Positions 39,145 through 48,624 of a DNA stretch of 64,000 nucleotides are shown piece by piece. A model generated the notes under the pieces. That model did no database searches, was not told where the DNA came from, and saw only the letters and a list, made by a program, of their open reading frames with translations. Each line of letters starts with the position of its first letter. Positions within the stretch are counted from its first letter, which is position 1. Position numbers and translations under genes: made by a program. Source of the DNA: Bacteroidales bacterium (GTDB lineage: Bacteria > Bacteroidota > Bacteroidia > Bacteroidales > VadinHA17); assembly GCA_046706305.1 (NCBI GenBank), contig JBJKPQ010000071.1, forward strand, positions 2,211 through 66,210. Reading direction: 5' to 3'.

Positions 39145-42081
39145 TCAGGGCCTTTTCTTAAGCGCCTCATATAAAACAGATGCCGGATGCAATGCAGTTT
39201 TTCCTGTGCCGTCTTTGATATGATGACGGCAACTGGTGCCCGGAGCACTTACAATGGTTTTTTCACCGGCATTTCTTACCTCTGGAAATAGAATAAGTTC
39301 ACCTATTTTATTTGATAAAACAAAATGTTCTTTCTCATATCCGAATGATCCTGCCATGCCACAGCACCCCGAGGGAATTTCCTTAACACTATAATTCTCG
39401 GGTATCGATAACATCTCAATTGTGCTTGATGAAGAGGCAACTGCTTTCTGCTGGCAATGAGCATGCAGGAGAACGGATCTCTTCTCATCGGTGAAGAGCT
39501 TTCTGTCAATGTGCCCGGCCCTGAATTCTGATGAGATAAACTCATCAAGCATGAAACTGTTCCTGGCTAAATTAACTGCCGGCTGCTTTAGTTCACCATC
39601 TGCAAGGTCGGGATATTCATCCCTGAACCCCAGGATTGCTGAAGGTTCAATGCCTACAAGGGGGCGCTTGTCATTAATAATCCCGGAAAGGGCCTTTATA
39701 TTCGTTTTTGCTTTTTTCCTGGCACTTCTAAGTAATCCTTTAGATATAAATGTCCTGCCACTAAGGGTATGATTGGCAGTGATTACTTTATAATTAAGTG
39801 AAGTGAGAAGCATGATGGCAGTTATACCTATCTCAGTATCATTGTAATCTGTGAATTCGTCTATAAACAGGCAAACTTCGCCCGCAGGTTTGTCAGGGTT
39901 AATCGCGGGGAGATTTTTTTGAGCCCATTTTCGAAGTGTGGTTTTATACAGGACCGGGATTGATCTTTCTTTAGCGAATCCGGTTATACCTTTTATTAAT
40001 CCTGCTGTGAATTTGTTTCTGACAAAGAAATTGAAAACTGGTGGTACAAGTGATCCGAGCCTGTTTATAGTTGTTATATAGGCTATTAACCTTGTACGCA
40101 GGGGAATGCCGTGCCTGTCGTACCAGTGTTGCAGGAATTCAGACTTTATCTTTGCTATATCGACACTTGAAGGACACTCCGATTTGCATCCTTTACATCC
40201 GAGGCAAAGGTCAAGTACATCATATATTTCCCTGTGATCCCACGGATCGCCATCCTTGCTCATATATTCCCTTATCACATTGGCACGCGCTCTTGTTGTT
40301 TTATCTTCGTCGCCTGTTGCCATAAAGCTCGGACACATTGTGCCACCAATTTTGATGGATTTCCGGCAATCTCCCGACCCGTTGCAGCGTTCGGCTGCCC
40401 TTATCACTCCGTCACTGGAAGAGAAATCGTAAATTGTCTTAATATCCTTTACAGGCATCCCCGGGATGTATCTCAGATGTGAATTCATGGGAGGTGTGTC
40501 TATAATCTTCCCCGGATTAAGAATATATCCGGGATCCCAGCATTCCTTAATCTCCCTGATCAATCTGTAATTGTGTTCTCCGAGCATCATAGGGATGAAT
40601 TCACCTCTGAGCCTTCCATCGCCATGTTCGCCGCTCAGCGATCCCCTGTATTTCTTAACAATTCGCGCAGTATCAAGAGCTATGGTTCTGAACAATGCCA
40701 CGTCGTCCGGATCTTTCAGGTTGAGAACAGGCCTGATATGGAGTTCACCGGTACCGATATGCGCATGAAAAACACTGTCCTTGCCATACGAATCCAGCAT
40801 CTTTTCTATTTCATCTATATATTCCGGAAGGAATTCCACACCTATTGCTGTATCCTCCATAAGTGTAACCGGTTTAGGGTCTCCCTTCATATTCGCAAGG
40901 ATACCAAGCCCTGCTTTCCTCAGGTCCCAAACCCTTGACATGTCTTTTCCCCTTATAACCGGAAATGCATATCCATAACCCGCCGCCTGCATTTCACTGA
41001 TCATACCTGAGGAATCCCTGTCTATTTCAGCTTCATTTTCACGTGCAAATTCAACTATAAGTATGGCACCGGGCCGACCTTCAAGAAAAAACCTGTTTTT
41101 TCTCTGGCTTATATTATCCTCAGTGAGTTCCAGGATGCGGTCATCCATCATTTCTACTGCTGAGGGATTGTGTTTTAAAGCGATAAGATTGGCTCTGAAA
41201 GCTTCATTTCGCTGCGCCAGGTGAACACAAACAAGTGCTTTGACTGGAGGCGGCAGGGGAACAAGGTTAAGCTTGATTTCGGTAGTTATGGCAAGGGTCC
41301 CTTCTGAACCGGCAATAAGTGAGGAAAAGTTGAATTTTTTTCCGGATCCTTCAGTAAATAAATCAGAATCGAGAAGCATGTCAAGAGCATATCCCGTATT
41401 TCTCCTTGAAACACTCCTGTCGGGATAACCCTCTCTTATCTCTTTCCTGTTTTTTTCATTGCCAAGTATCTTGTTAATATTCCTGTAAATCTTTCCTTCA
41501 AGATTATCCAGTTCAAGCTTTTTTATGAAATCATTTTTTTCAAGAGGACCGAACTGAGCTTCAGATCCGTCGCTCAGCAGGGTTGATACTTCAATAGTAT
41601 GTTCTCTCGTTGATCCGTATACAAGCGAATGGGATCCACATGCATTATTCCCGAGCATTCCCCCCAGGTTACACCTGTTTGCCGTTGAGGTCTCTGGCCC
41701 GAAAAACAGGCCGTGCTCTTTAAGTGCCAGGTTTAATTCATCCAGAACCACACCTGGTTCTACCCTTACCCACATGGCCTCTTTGTTAATTTCGAGGATG
41801 TTGTTCACATAACGAGATATATCAACAACAATGCCCTTTCCAACCACCTGGCCTGCAAGAGATGTGCCCCCGGCTCTCATAATAATGCTCTGCCTGTTCT
41901 TTCCTGCAAACTGAACGATTTTCTTCAGATCTGATTTGTTTTTCGGCCATATTACAGCGACAGGCTTCTCCTTGTATACTGAGGCATCAGTAGAGTATAT
42001 GGTGGTGATAAGCTCATCATACCTGAGGTCGCCTTCGAGGCTTTCAGCAAGTTCATTTAATGCTGTTAATATATTATCCAT
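39145..42081 (-). CDS. FAD-linked 2-hydroxyacid dehydrogenase fused to an Fe-S / CCG domain (YdiJ-like architecture)
   Basis: N-terminal FAD_binding_4 (RAGGTSLAGQ). Central 2x[4Fe-4S]-type motifs (CNGSGDCRKS...CPS, CLGCKGCKSECPS). C-terminal cysteine-rich CCG-like region (SGCCGMAG). The ORF-track start at 42105 is TTG; the first ATG is at 42081. Confidence 0.8.
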   Translation of the reverse strand: MDNILTALNELAESLEGDLRYDELITTIYSTDASVYKEKPVAVIWPKNKSDLKKIVQFAGKNRQSIIMRAGGTSLAGQVVGKGIVVDISRYVNNILEINKEAMWVRVEPGVVLDELNLALKEHGLFFGPETSTANRCNLGGMLGNNACGSHSLVYGSTREHTIEVSTLLSDGSEAQFGPLEKNDFIKKLELDNLEGKIYRNINKILGNEKNRKEIREGYPDRSVSRRNTGYALDMLLDSDLFTEGSGKKFNFSSLIAGSEGTLAITTEIKLNLVPLPPPVKALVCVHLAQRNEAFRANLIALKHNPSAVEMMDDRILELTEDNISQRKNRFFLEGRPGAILIVEFARENEAEIDRDSSGMISEMQAAGYGYAFPVIRGKDMSRVWDLRKAGLGILANMKGDPKPVTLMEDTAIGVEFLPEYIDEIEKMLDSYGKDSVFHAHIGTGELHIRPVLNLKDPDDVALFRTIALDTARIVKKYRGSLSGEHGDGRLRGEFIPMMLGEHNYRLIREIKECWDPGYILNPGKIIDTPPMNSHLRYIPGMPVKDIKTIYDFSSSDGVIRAAERCNGSGDCRKSIKIGGTMCPSFMATGDEDKTTRARANVIREYMSKDGDPWDHREIYDVLDLCLGCKGCKSECPSSVDIAKIKSEFLQHWYDRHGIPLRTRLIAYITTINRLGSLVPPVFNFFVRNKFTAGLIKGITGFAKERSIPVLYKTTLRKWAQKNLPAINPDKPAGEVCLFIDEFTDYNDTEIGITAIMLLTSLNYKVITANHTLSGRTFISKGLLRSARKKAKTNIKALSGIINDKRPLVGIEPSAILGFRDEYPDLADGELKQPAVNLARNSFMLDEFISSEFRAGHIDRKLFTDEKRSVLLHAHCQQKAVASSSSTIEMLSIPENYSVKEIPSGCCGMAGSFGYEKEHFVLSNKIGELILFPEVRNAGEKTIVSAPGTSCRHHIKDGTGKTALHPASVLYEALKKRP

Positions 42082-42272
42082 TTTTACTTCTGATTTGGAT
42101 TGCAAATTTAGGAAAATGATTTAAAAATGATTTTGCAGAGCATCTTATGGCGGATATTTTTTTTAGTCAGTAATTATCCTGATATTAATCATGTTAATCA
42201 AAATTGTTTAATAGTACTTTTTTTTCGTACATTTAACGAATTATTTCGAATATATTAAAACGTTGATACACA

Positions 42273-43280
42273 ATGGAATTATTAGATCGCATCAAACAAA
42301 ATGCCAAAAAACACAATATGAGAATTGTTCTTCCGGAAGGTTATGAGGAGAGGACAATTAAAGCAGCGGATAAGGCCTTGGAGGAGGGACTTGCCCGGAT
42401 TATACTTATAGGTGATCCGGAGGAGATAAAAACACATTCTTCCGAGCTGGGATTAAAGAATATTTCCAGGGCCGTAATCGTCGACCCTGTATCGCATGAG
42501 AAAAAGGATCATTATATAGATATGATGGTCGAGCTTAGAAAGAATAAAGGATTGACCAGGGAGGAAGCGTCAAAGCTGATAGAGGATCCTTTATATCTCG
42601 GTGTTCTGATGATAAAAAACGGCGATGCGGATGGTGAGGTAAGCGGGGCAGACCATGCAACCGGTGATGTTCTTCGTCCGGCTTTCCAGTATGTAAAAAC
42701 CGCACCGGGCATTTCTGTTGTTTCCGGAGCCTTTATAATGATTTTGCAGGATAAGCATTTTGGCGAGAACGGAGTTATAATCTTTGCCGACGGAGCGGTT
42801 CATCCTAATCCTACAGACAATGAACTTGCAGAAATAGCTGTAGCTTCAGCCCATACTGCACGGGCAATTGCCGGGATGGAACCCAGGATAGCCATGCTTA
42901 GTTTTTCAACCAAAGGCAGCGCCAGGCATGAAATGGTAGATAGGGTTGTTAATGCCACTAAGATTGCAAAACAGATGGCCCCTGACCTTCAGCTTGACGG
43001 TGAGCTTCAGGCCGACGCAGCTCTTGTTGAAGCCATAGGGAAAAGTAAGGCACCTGGAAGCCCGATAGCAGGAAAAGCCAATGTGTTGATCTTCCCGGAT
43101 CTGAATGCCGGAAACATAGCTTACAAACTGGTTCAGAGACTTGCACATGCCGAAGCTATAGGACCCATACTGCAGGGTATGGCAGCTCCAATTAACGATC
43201 TTTCAAGGGGTTGCTCGGTAAATGACATAGTTAGCATGATAGCTATTACTTCGAACCAGGCAGCAGGTTTGAAAAAGTAA
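42273..43280 (+). CDS. pta: Phosphate acetyltransferase
   Basis: 335 aa of the PTA_PTB family with Pta-type motifs (RIVLPEG.EERT, MVELRKNKGLT, SGADHATGDVLRPA, FSTKGSA, GELQADAA, ANVLIFPDLNAGNIAYK). Confidence 0.9.
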   Translation: MELLDRIKQNAKKHNMRIVLPEGYEERTIKAADKALEEGLARIILIGDPEEIKTHSSELGLKNISRAVIVDPVSHEKKDHYIDMMVELRKNKGLTREEASKLIEDPLYLGVLMIKNGDADGEVSGADHATGDVLRPAFQYVKTAPGISVVSGAFIMILQDKHFGENGVIIFADGAVHPNPTDNELAEIAVASAHTARAIAGMEPRIAMLSFSTKGSARHEMVDRVVNATKIAKQMAPDLQLDGELQADAALVEAIGKSKAPGSPIAGKANVLIFPDLNAGNIAYKLVQRLAHAEAIGPILQGMAAPINDLSRGCSVNDIVSMIAITSNQAAGLKK

Positions 43281-43340
43281 TTTCAATTTTTATTAATGAT
43301 AAAATGCTTAAGCATATAGAATCTAAACACAAAATTAAAA

Positions 43341-44306
43341 ATGGAAGAGAATATTGAACGCCTTGAGGATTATGGATTGTCGCAGGAGACGCGGTCTAAA
43401 ACATTATTCTCTCGCGTAGGTATCGTCGGAGCCGGAACAGTTGGTCAGAATATTGCCAGGATGGTAAGTTCAAAAGGGCTGGATGTGGTTTTCCTTGAGG
43501 TAACTCAGAAAAAAATTGACCAGGCTTATGATGAACTTGCAAGAGAACTTGACAGGATGATTGAACGTTGGGGTATGACCAACTCGGAAAAGCTTGGTAT
43601 TCTGTCGCGTATTAAGGGAACACTTAATTATGAGGATTTCAGGGATTGTGATATTGTGATTGAAGCAATTAAGTCATCAACAAGGGAATTAAGTCATGAT
43701 ATCAGGGAGGCTATTTTAAAGAAGATAGAGCTTCATGTTGGAAGGGATACAATAATTGCAACAAATTCAAGTACCCAGGTTATTACTGAACTTACTGCGG
43801 ACCTAACATATAAGGACCGCTGTGTCAGCTTTCATTTTCTGACTCCCGAGGCAGATGCAAGGGTTGTCGAGATAGTTAAAGGATTATATACCTCCGAGGA
43901 AGCATATGAAAATACAATCAAGTTTGCCAATCTTATTGGCAAGAAGGTGGTGCCGGTGAAAGAGTCTCCGGGTATAATCAGTACCCGTCTTTTTGTACCT
44001 CTGATTAACGAAGCTTGCGAGATACTGATGGAAGGAGTTGGTTCAATGGAGGATATCGACCTTACAATGAAGGTGGGGTTCGGACTGCCGCTTGGACCCT
44101 TTGAGATGGCTGACAAAATCGGACTGGATAAGATACTAAGGTGGTGTGAAAACCTGTATGATGAATTTGGCGATCTTAAATATAAATCATCACCACTTCT
44201 GAAAAAGCTCGTAAGAGCCAATCAGTGGGGAAGGAGAACCGGAAGAGGATTCTATGAATATAACGACGGTGTCAAAGTAATAAAGAATTATGCACAGGAG
44301 GAATAA
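43341..44306 (+). CDS. 3-hydroxyacyl-CoA dehydrogenase family protein (divergent Hbd-like)
   Basis: 321 aa with the Rossmann motif VGIVGAGTVGQNIA and the 3HCDH N- and C-domains. Conserved positions are altered (HFLTP instead of HFFNP; PGIISTR instead of PGF..NR). Confidence 0.75.
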   Translation: MEENIERLEDYGLSQETRSKTLFSRVGIVGAGTVGQNIARMVSSKGLDVVFLEVTQKKIDQAYDELARELDRMIERWGMTNSEKLGILSRIKGTLNYEDFRDCDIVIEAIKSSTRELSHDIREAILKKIELHVGRDTIIATNSSTQVITELTADLTYKDRCVSFHFLTPEADARVVEIVKGLYTSEEAYENTIKFANLIGKKVVPVKESPGIISTRLFVPLINEACEILMEGVGSMEDIDLTMKVGFGLPLGPFEMADKIGLDKILRWCENLYDEFGDLKYKSSPLLKKLVRANQWGRRTGRGFYEYNDGVKVIKNYAQEE

Positions 44307-44351
44307 TCCGATCCTGTTAATAATATATTTAAATATAATACTTAAAAGAAT

Positions 44352-44370
44352 TTGCAGGGAAAGCCTGCAA
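44352..44370 (+). other. Hairpin between the hbd-like gene and ackA (TTGCAGG-GAAAG-CCTGCAA)
   Basis: Perfect 7-bp stem followed by TTGGTTCTT. Could be a weak internal terminator or processing site. Confidence 0.3.
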
Positions 44371-44435
44371 TTGGTTCTTATACAAGATACAAGGTTAAAG
44401 TAAACAGGTACAAGAAAATAAACATCTTTTATATA

Positions 44436-45650
44436 ATGAAAATATTAGTTCTTAATTGTGGTAGCTCTTCCATCAAGTATCAGCTTATCGATATGGCTAC
44501 CAATGTTGTTCTCGCAAAGGGTATTGTTGAAAAAATAGGGTTAAAGGGATCTTTCCTTAAAAATGAAAGGAATGATGGAGATAAAATAAAGCTTGAGGGG
44601 GAAATTCTGGATCACCAGAAAGGAATTGAATATATCCTTGGGATGCTAATTAGCGAAAAGAGAGGGGTATTAAAGAATCTTAATGAAATAGACGCTGTCG
44701 GCCACCGCCTGGTTCACGGGGGAGAAACCTTCCAGGCAAGCTGTTACCTCGACGATCTTACTATTAAAGGAGTCGAGGATTGTTCCGACCTGGCCCCCCT
44801 TCATAACCCGGCAAACCTGAAGGGTATTTATGCGATGAAGAACCTGTTACCCGAGGTACCTCAGGTAGGAGTGTTTGATACTTCCTTTCACCAGACTATG
44901 CCGGATTTCTCATTTATGTACGCTCTGCCATATTCATTATACAAAAAATACGGCATCCGCCGTTATGGTTTCCATGGTACAAGTCACAGCTATGTTTCAA
45001 AAAGAGCATGCGAAATACTCAAGGTTAAATATGATTCGGTAAGAATGATTACATGCCACCTTGGTAACGGAGCATCCATAACCGCGATAAAAGACGGAAA
45101 GTCTATGGATACATCAATGGGTCTTACTCCCGTTGAAGGACTTATAATGGGTACAAGATCTGGTGATGTGGATGCAGGAGTCCTGACACTTATTATGGAC
45201 AAGGAGGAAATTGATTATTCTGCTCTTAACACCCTTCTTAATAAACACAGCGGAGTACTTGGCGTTTCTGGTATATCCTCCGACATGAGAGAAGTGGAAT
45301 CAGCTGCCGATGAAGGTGATGAAAGAGCCATTCTGTCGCTAAAAATGTATGAATACCGGGTAAGAAAGTATATCGGGGCTTATGCAGCAGCTATGGGAGG
45401 TGTCGATGTTATTATATTTACCGGAGGTATAGGGGAGAACGGCTGGGAAACAAGGGAGAATATATGCAGGGATTTCGAATTCCTTGGAATGAAATTTGAC
45501 AGGACCGCCAACGAAGGACTAAGAGGCAAGGAGGCTATGATAAGTTCTGACGATTCGAAAGTTAAAGTAATGGTTGTTCCAACAAATGAAGAATATGTAA
45601 TAGCTTCCGACACACTGGATATTGTTCAGCAGAGGAGGCTTAATAGTTAA
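44436..45650 (+). CDS. ackA: Acetate kinase
   Basis: MKILVLNCGSSSIKYQL N-terminus, GHRLVHGG, FDTSFHQTMP, YGFHGTSH, GIGENG. The ORF-track start at 44352 is a TTG extension overlapping the hairpin; the ATG at 44436 gives the canonical N-terminus. Confidence 0.93.
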   Translation: MKILVLNCGSSSIKYQLIDMATNVVLAKGIVEKIGLKGSFLKNERNDGDKIKLEGEILDHQKGIEYILGMLISEKRGVLKNLNEIDAVGHRLVHGGETFQASCYLDDLTIKGVEDCSDLAPLHNPANLKGIYAMKNLLPEVPQVGVFDTSFHQTMPDFSFMYALPYSLYKKYGIRRYGFHGTSHSYVSKRACEILKVKYDSVRMITCHLGNGASITAIKDGKSMDTSMGLTPVEGLIMGTRSGDVDAGVLTLIMDKEEIDYSALNTLLNKHSGVLGVSGISSDMREVESAADEGDERAILSLKMYEYRVRKYIGAYAAAMGGVDVIIFTGGIGENGWETRENICRDFEFLGMKFDRTANEGLRGKEAMISSDDSKVKVMVVPTNEEYVIASDTLDIVQQRRLNS

Positions 45651-45665
45651 TATAAAAAATGACTT

Positions 45666-46571
45666 ATGGTTCTTAAAACCCTTAATGATCTTAATAAGCT
45701 GGTCGAAGGCGGACCCAGGAAAAAACTGGTGCTGGCTGCAGCACAGGATCAGCATTCACTGGGCGCTGTAGTCAGGGCATGGAAATCCAATATTATTGAA
45801 CCTATCCTTATAGGCGATAAGGAGGCAATTCAGAATATCTGTACCGAATACAACTATGACATTTCCGGACTGAGAATTGTTCATGAGCCGGAAACAGAGA
45901 AATCGGTGGAGATGGCTGTAAGAATGGTCAGCAGCAAGCAGGCCGATATCCTGATGAAAGGCAAGGTGGGAACATCAACACTTCTAAGATGCGTCCTAAA
46001 CAGGGAATGGGGGCTCAGAACAGGTAATCTCTTGTCTCATTTTGCCCTTTTTGAGGTTGAAACATATCATAAGGTGATCGCTGTAACAGATGTTGCAATG
46101 AATATAGCACCTAATCTTAAAGATAAAATTGCTATAGTTAATAACTCGGTTAACTGTTTGAATAACCTCGGGTACAATATGCCCAAAGTGGCTGTCCTCG
46201 GAGCAGTTGAAATGGTTAACGAGAATATGGAGGCAACTCTCGATGCTGCATTGCTTTCAAAAATGAACCAACGCGATCAGATAAAAAATTGTATTATTGA
46301 CGGCCCTCTTGCCTTTGATAATGCTGTTAGTCTTGAAAGTGCAAAACACAAGGGAATAAAGAGCGATGTCGCCGGGGATACAGACCTTCTCCTGATGCCC
46401 GATATTGAAGTGGGTAATGTGTTGTATAAATCGCTGGTATTCTTTGCAAAAGCTAAAGTGGCATCTATTATCCTGGGCGCACAGGTTCCTATTGTCCTTA
46501 CTTCACGATCCGACTCTGAACAGGCTAAGTTTGACAGTATACTGCTGTCAGCGGCTGCCAGTAAATGGTGA
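45666..46571 (+). CDS. ptb: Phosphate butyryltransferase (PTA_PTB family), paralogue 1
   Basis: 301 aa, the short Ptb-type length (ILMKGKVGTS, PKVAVLGAVE, DGPLAFDNAVS, LLMPDIEVGNVLYK). Confidence 0.8.
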   Translation: MVLKTLNDLNKLVEGGPRKKLVLAAAQDQHSLGAVVRAWKSNIIEPILIGDKEAIQNICTEYNYDISGLRIVHEPETEKSVEMAVRMVSSKQADILMKGKVGTSTLLRCVLNREWGLRTGNLLSHFALFEVETYHKVIAVTDVAMNIAPNLKDKIAIVNNSVNCLNNLGYNMPKVAVLGAVEMVNENMEATLDAALLSKMNQRDQIKNCIIDGPLAFDNAVSLESAKHKGIKSDVAGDTDLLLMPDIEVGNVLYKSLVFFAKAKVASIILGAQVPIVLTSRSDSEQAKFDSILLSAAASKW

Positions 46572-46575
46572 ATGT

Positions 46576-47478
46576 ATGATAACGACCCTGAAACAGATTG
46601 ATAAAATTGTACTGAAGCTTGATAAGAAGCTTCGTGTGGCTGTTGCATGGGCTCAGGATGGCAATACTATAGCGGCAGTAAATGAAGCCGTTAAAAATGG
46701 CCTTATTGAAGCGATTCTTATCGGAACAAAATCTGAAATTCAGAAAACCTGCAAGGATAACAATGTTGATCCTTCTCTTTTCAGTATTTTATCATCGGAA
46801 GATGAAGCCAAAGCTTCTGAGGAAGCTGTAAGAATGGCACGAAACGGTGAGGCTGATATAGTTATGAAAGGACTCGTAGGGACAGACAAATTCCTGAAGG
46901 CTGTTATGGATAAGGAGAAGGGTCTTATGATGCCAGGAGCTGTGCTCAGTTACGTGGCTGCATTGGAAATACCCGGATATCATAAACTGCTTTTCATTAC
47001 TGATCCTGCGGTTATACCATTTCCTGACCTGGATCAGAAAGTAGCAATGGCCGGATATGCGATTGATATGGCCCGCAGGTTTGGAATTAATAAACCAAAA
47101 GTAGCCCTTATCGGTGCCTCAGAAAAAATGAGCAGGCACTTTGAGAATTCTGTAGATTATGCTGTACTGTGCAAGATGGCTGACAGGGGACAGATAAAGA
47201 ACTGCATAATGGACGGGCCACTCGATATTTTCCTGGCATGCGACAGGGAAAGTGCTAAAATAAAGGGTGTTGATTCTCCCGTTGGCGGTGATGCGGATAT
47301 ACTCCTGTTTCCTTCACTTGAATCATCTAATCCTTTTTATAAGGGACTGATGCTCTTTGGTAAAGGCGAGCTGGGAGGCCTGATTAGAGGAACCAAAAAA
47401 CCTGTAATTGTCATGTCAAGGAGTGAAAGCGAAAAATCCAAGTATTTATGCATGGCACTATCCTGTCTGATGGCCTGA
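46576..47478 (+). CDS. ptb: Phosphate butyryltransferase (PTA_PTB family), paralogue 2
   Basis: 300 aa starting at ATG 46576, 5 nt after the paralogue-1 stop (IVMKGLVGTD, PKVALIGASE, DGPLDIFLACD, LLFPSLESSNPFYK). The ORF-track start at 46405 is an out-of-context extension overlapping ptb1. Confidence 0.8.
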   Translation: MITTLKQIDKIVLKLDKKLRVAVAWAQDGNTIAAVNEAVKNGLIEAILIGTKSEIQKTCKDNNVDPSLFSILSSEDEAKASEEAVRMARNGEADIVMKGLVGTDKFLKAVMDKEKGLMMPGAVLSYVAALEIPGYHKLLFITDPAVIPFPDLDQKVAMAGYAIDMARRFGINKPKVALIGASEKMSRHFENSVDYAVLCKMADRGQIKNCIMDGPLDIFLACDRESAKIKGVDSPVGGDADILLFPSLESSNPFYKGLMLFGKGELGGLIRGTKKPVIVMSRSESEKSKYLCMALSCLMA

Positions 47479-47507
47479 ATTATTAACCGGATAGCTCCTG
47501 CCTTCCG

Positions 47508-48602
47508 ATGTTAAATAAAATTCCTTCTATGGTTAAAAGATTGATACTTACAATAAATCCGGGTTCAACTTCCACCAAGTTTGCCGTTTTTGAAGAAAGT
47601 ATGCTGATTTTTGAAAAGAATCTTCCCCATTCAACAGAAGATCTTAAGCCTTTTAAGAAAATTGTGGATCAGTTTAAATTTCGTAAGGATCTTATTATTA
47701 ATGAATTGATAAAAAACGGAACCGATTTCGATCGTATTAAGGCCGTCGTCGGAAGAGGCGGGCTGATAAGACCTATTGAGTCGGGAATATACAGGGTTAA
47801 TGAAAAAATGAAAGAAGATCTTATGACTGGTCTTTTAGGACAGCATGCAAGTAATCTCGGTGGACTTATTGCTGATGAAATATCTTCATTAATTCCCGGA
47901 TCAGAGGCTTTTATTGTTGACCCCGTTGTTGTTGATGAATTAAAAGATGTTGCCAGGTTATCTGGTCATCCTTTTATTGAGCGTATTTCAATTTTTCATG
48001 CGCTTAACCAAAAAGCAGTAGCACGGTTATATGCTTCATTCTCTGATAAAAAATACGAAGATCTTAATCTTATTATAGCTCACCTTGGCGGGGGTGTCAG
48101 TGTGGGGGCTCATGAAAGGGGAAAGGTAGTGGACGTTAATAATGCTCTGAATGGTGATGGTCCCTTTTCACCGGAGCGTTCCGGGGGACTGCCTGCCGGA
48201 CAGCTGGTTGATCTTTGCTTCAGCGGAAAGTACTCCCATTCTGAAATAAAATCCATGCTTACAGGTAAGGGCGGAATGGTTGCCTATCTCGGAACAAATA
48301 ACTTTATTGAAGTTTGCAATCGTGCCGCTGAAGGAGATAAAAAAGCTGACCTGGTACGTAGGGCTTTTGTATACCAGGTGGCTAAAGCTATAGGAGCAAT
48401 GGCTTCTGCATTGAAAGGCAATGTCGATGCTGTAATTCTCACTGGTGGAATTGCTTACCAGGAAGACACAGTCAGTTTGATAAAACCGATGATCAGCTTT
48501 ATAGCGGAAGTTGTAGTCTATCCGGGTGAAGATGAAATGAAAGCACTTGCCTTTAATGGCCTTCTTGCACTGGATGAAAAAATAGAGATAAAAACTTATT
48601 GA
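47508..48602 (+). CDS. buk: Butyrate kinase
   Basis: 364 aa (ILTINPGSTSTKFAVF, AVVGRGG, HASNLGG, AHLGGGVSVGAH, PFSPERSGGLP, LTGGIAY). The alternative ATG at 47529 gives a more typical N-terminus (MVKRLILTINPGSTSTK). Confidence 0.9.
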   Translation: MLNKIPSMVKRLILTINPGSTSTKFAVFEESMLIFEKNLPHSTEDLKPFKKIVDQFKFRKDLIINELIKNGTDFDRIKAVVGRGGLIRPIESGIYRVNEKMKEDLMTGLLGQHASNLGGLIADEISSLIPGSEAFIVDPVVVDELKDVARLSGHPFIERISIFHALNQKAVARLYASFSDKKYEDLNLIIAHLGGGVSVGAHERGKVVDVNNALNGDGPFSPERSGGLPAGQLVDLCFSGKYSHSEIKSMLTGKGGMVAYLGTNNFIEVCNRAAEGDKKADLVRRAFVYQVAKAIGAMASALKGNVDAVILTGGIAYQEDTVSLIKPMISFIAEVVVYPGEDEMKALAFNGLLALDEKIEIKTY

Positions 48603-48624
48603 TAAGCTGTAGCTTATTATCGTG

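Noticed and set aside
44352-44435. N-terminal extensions proposed by the ORF track (ackA from TTG 44352; likewise 46405 for ptb2, 51288 for slyD, 53365 for the transporter, 56109 for Lrp, 60983 for the anti-sigma, 42105 for the FAD/Fe-S enzyme, 27130 for exbB)
   Set aside because: In each case an internal ATG gives the canonical family N-terminus. The extension is either a non-ATG start, overlaps the upstream gene or a hairpin, or adds an implausible hydrophobic or low-complexity segment.
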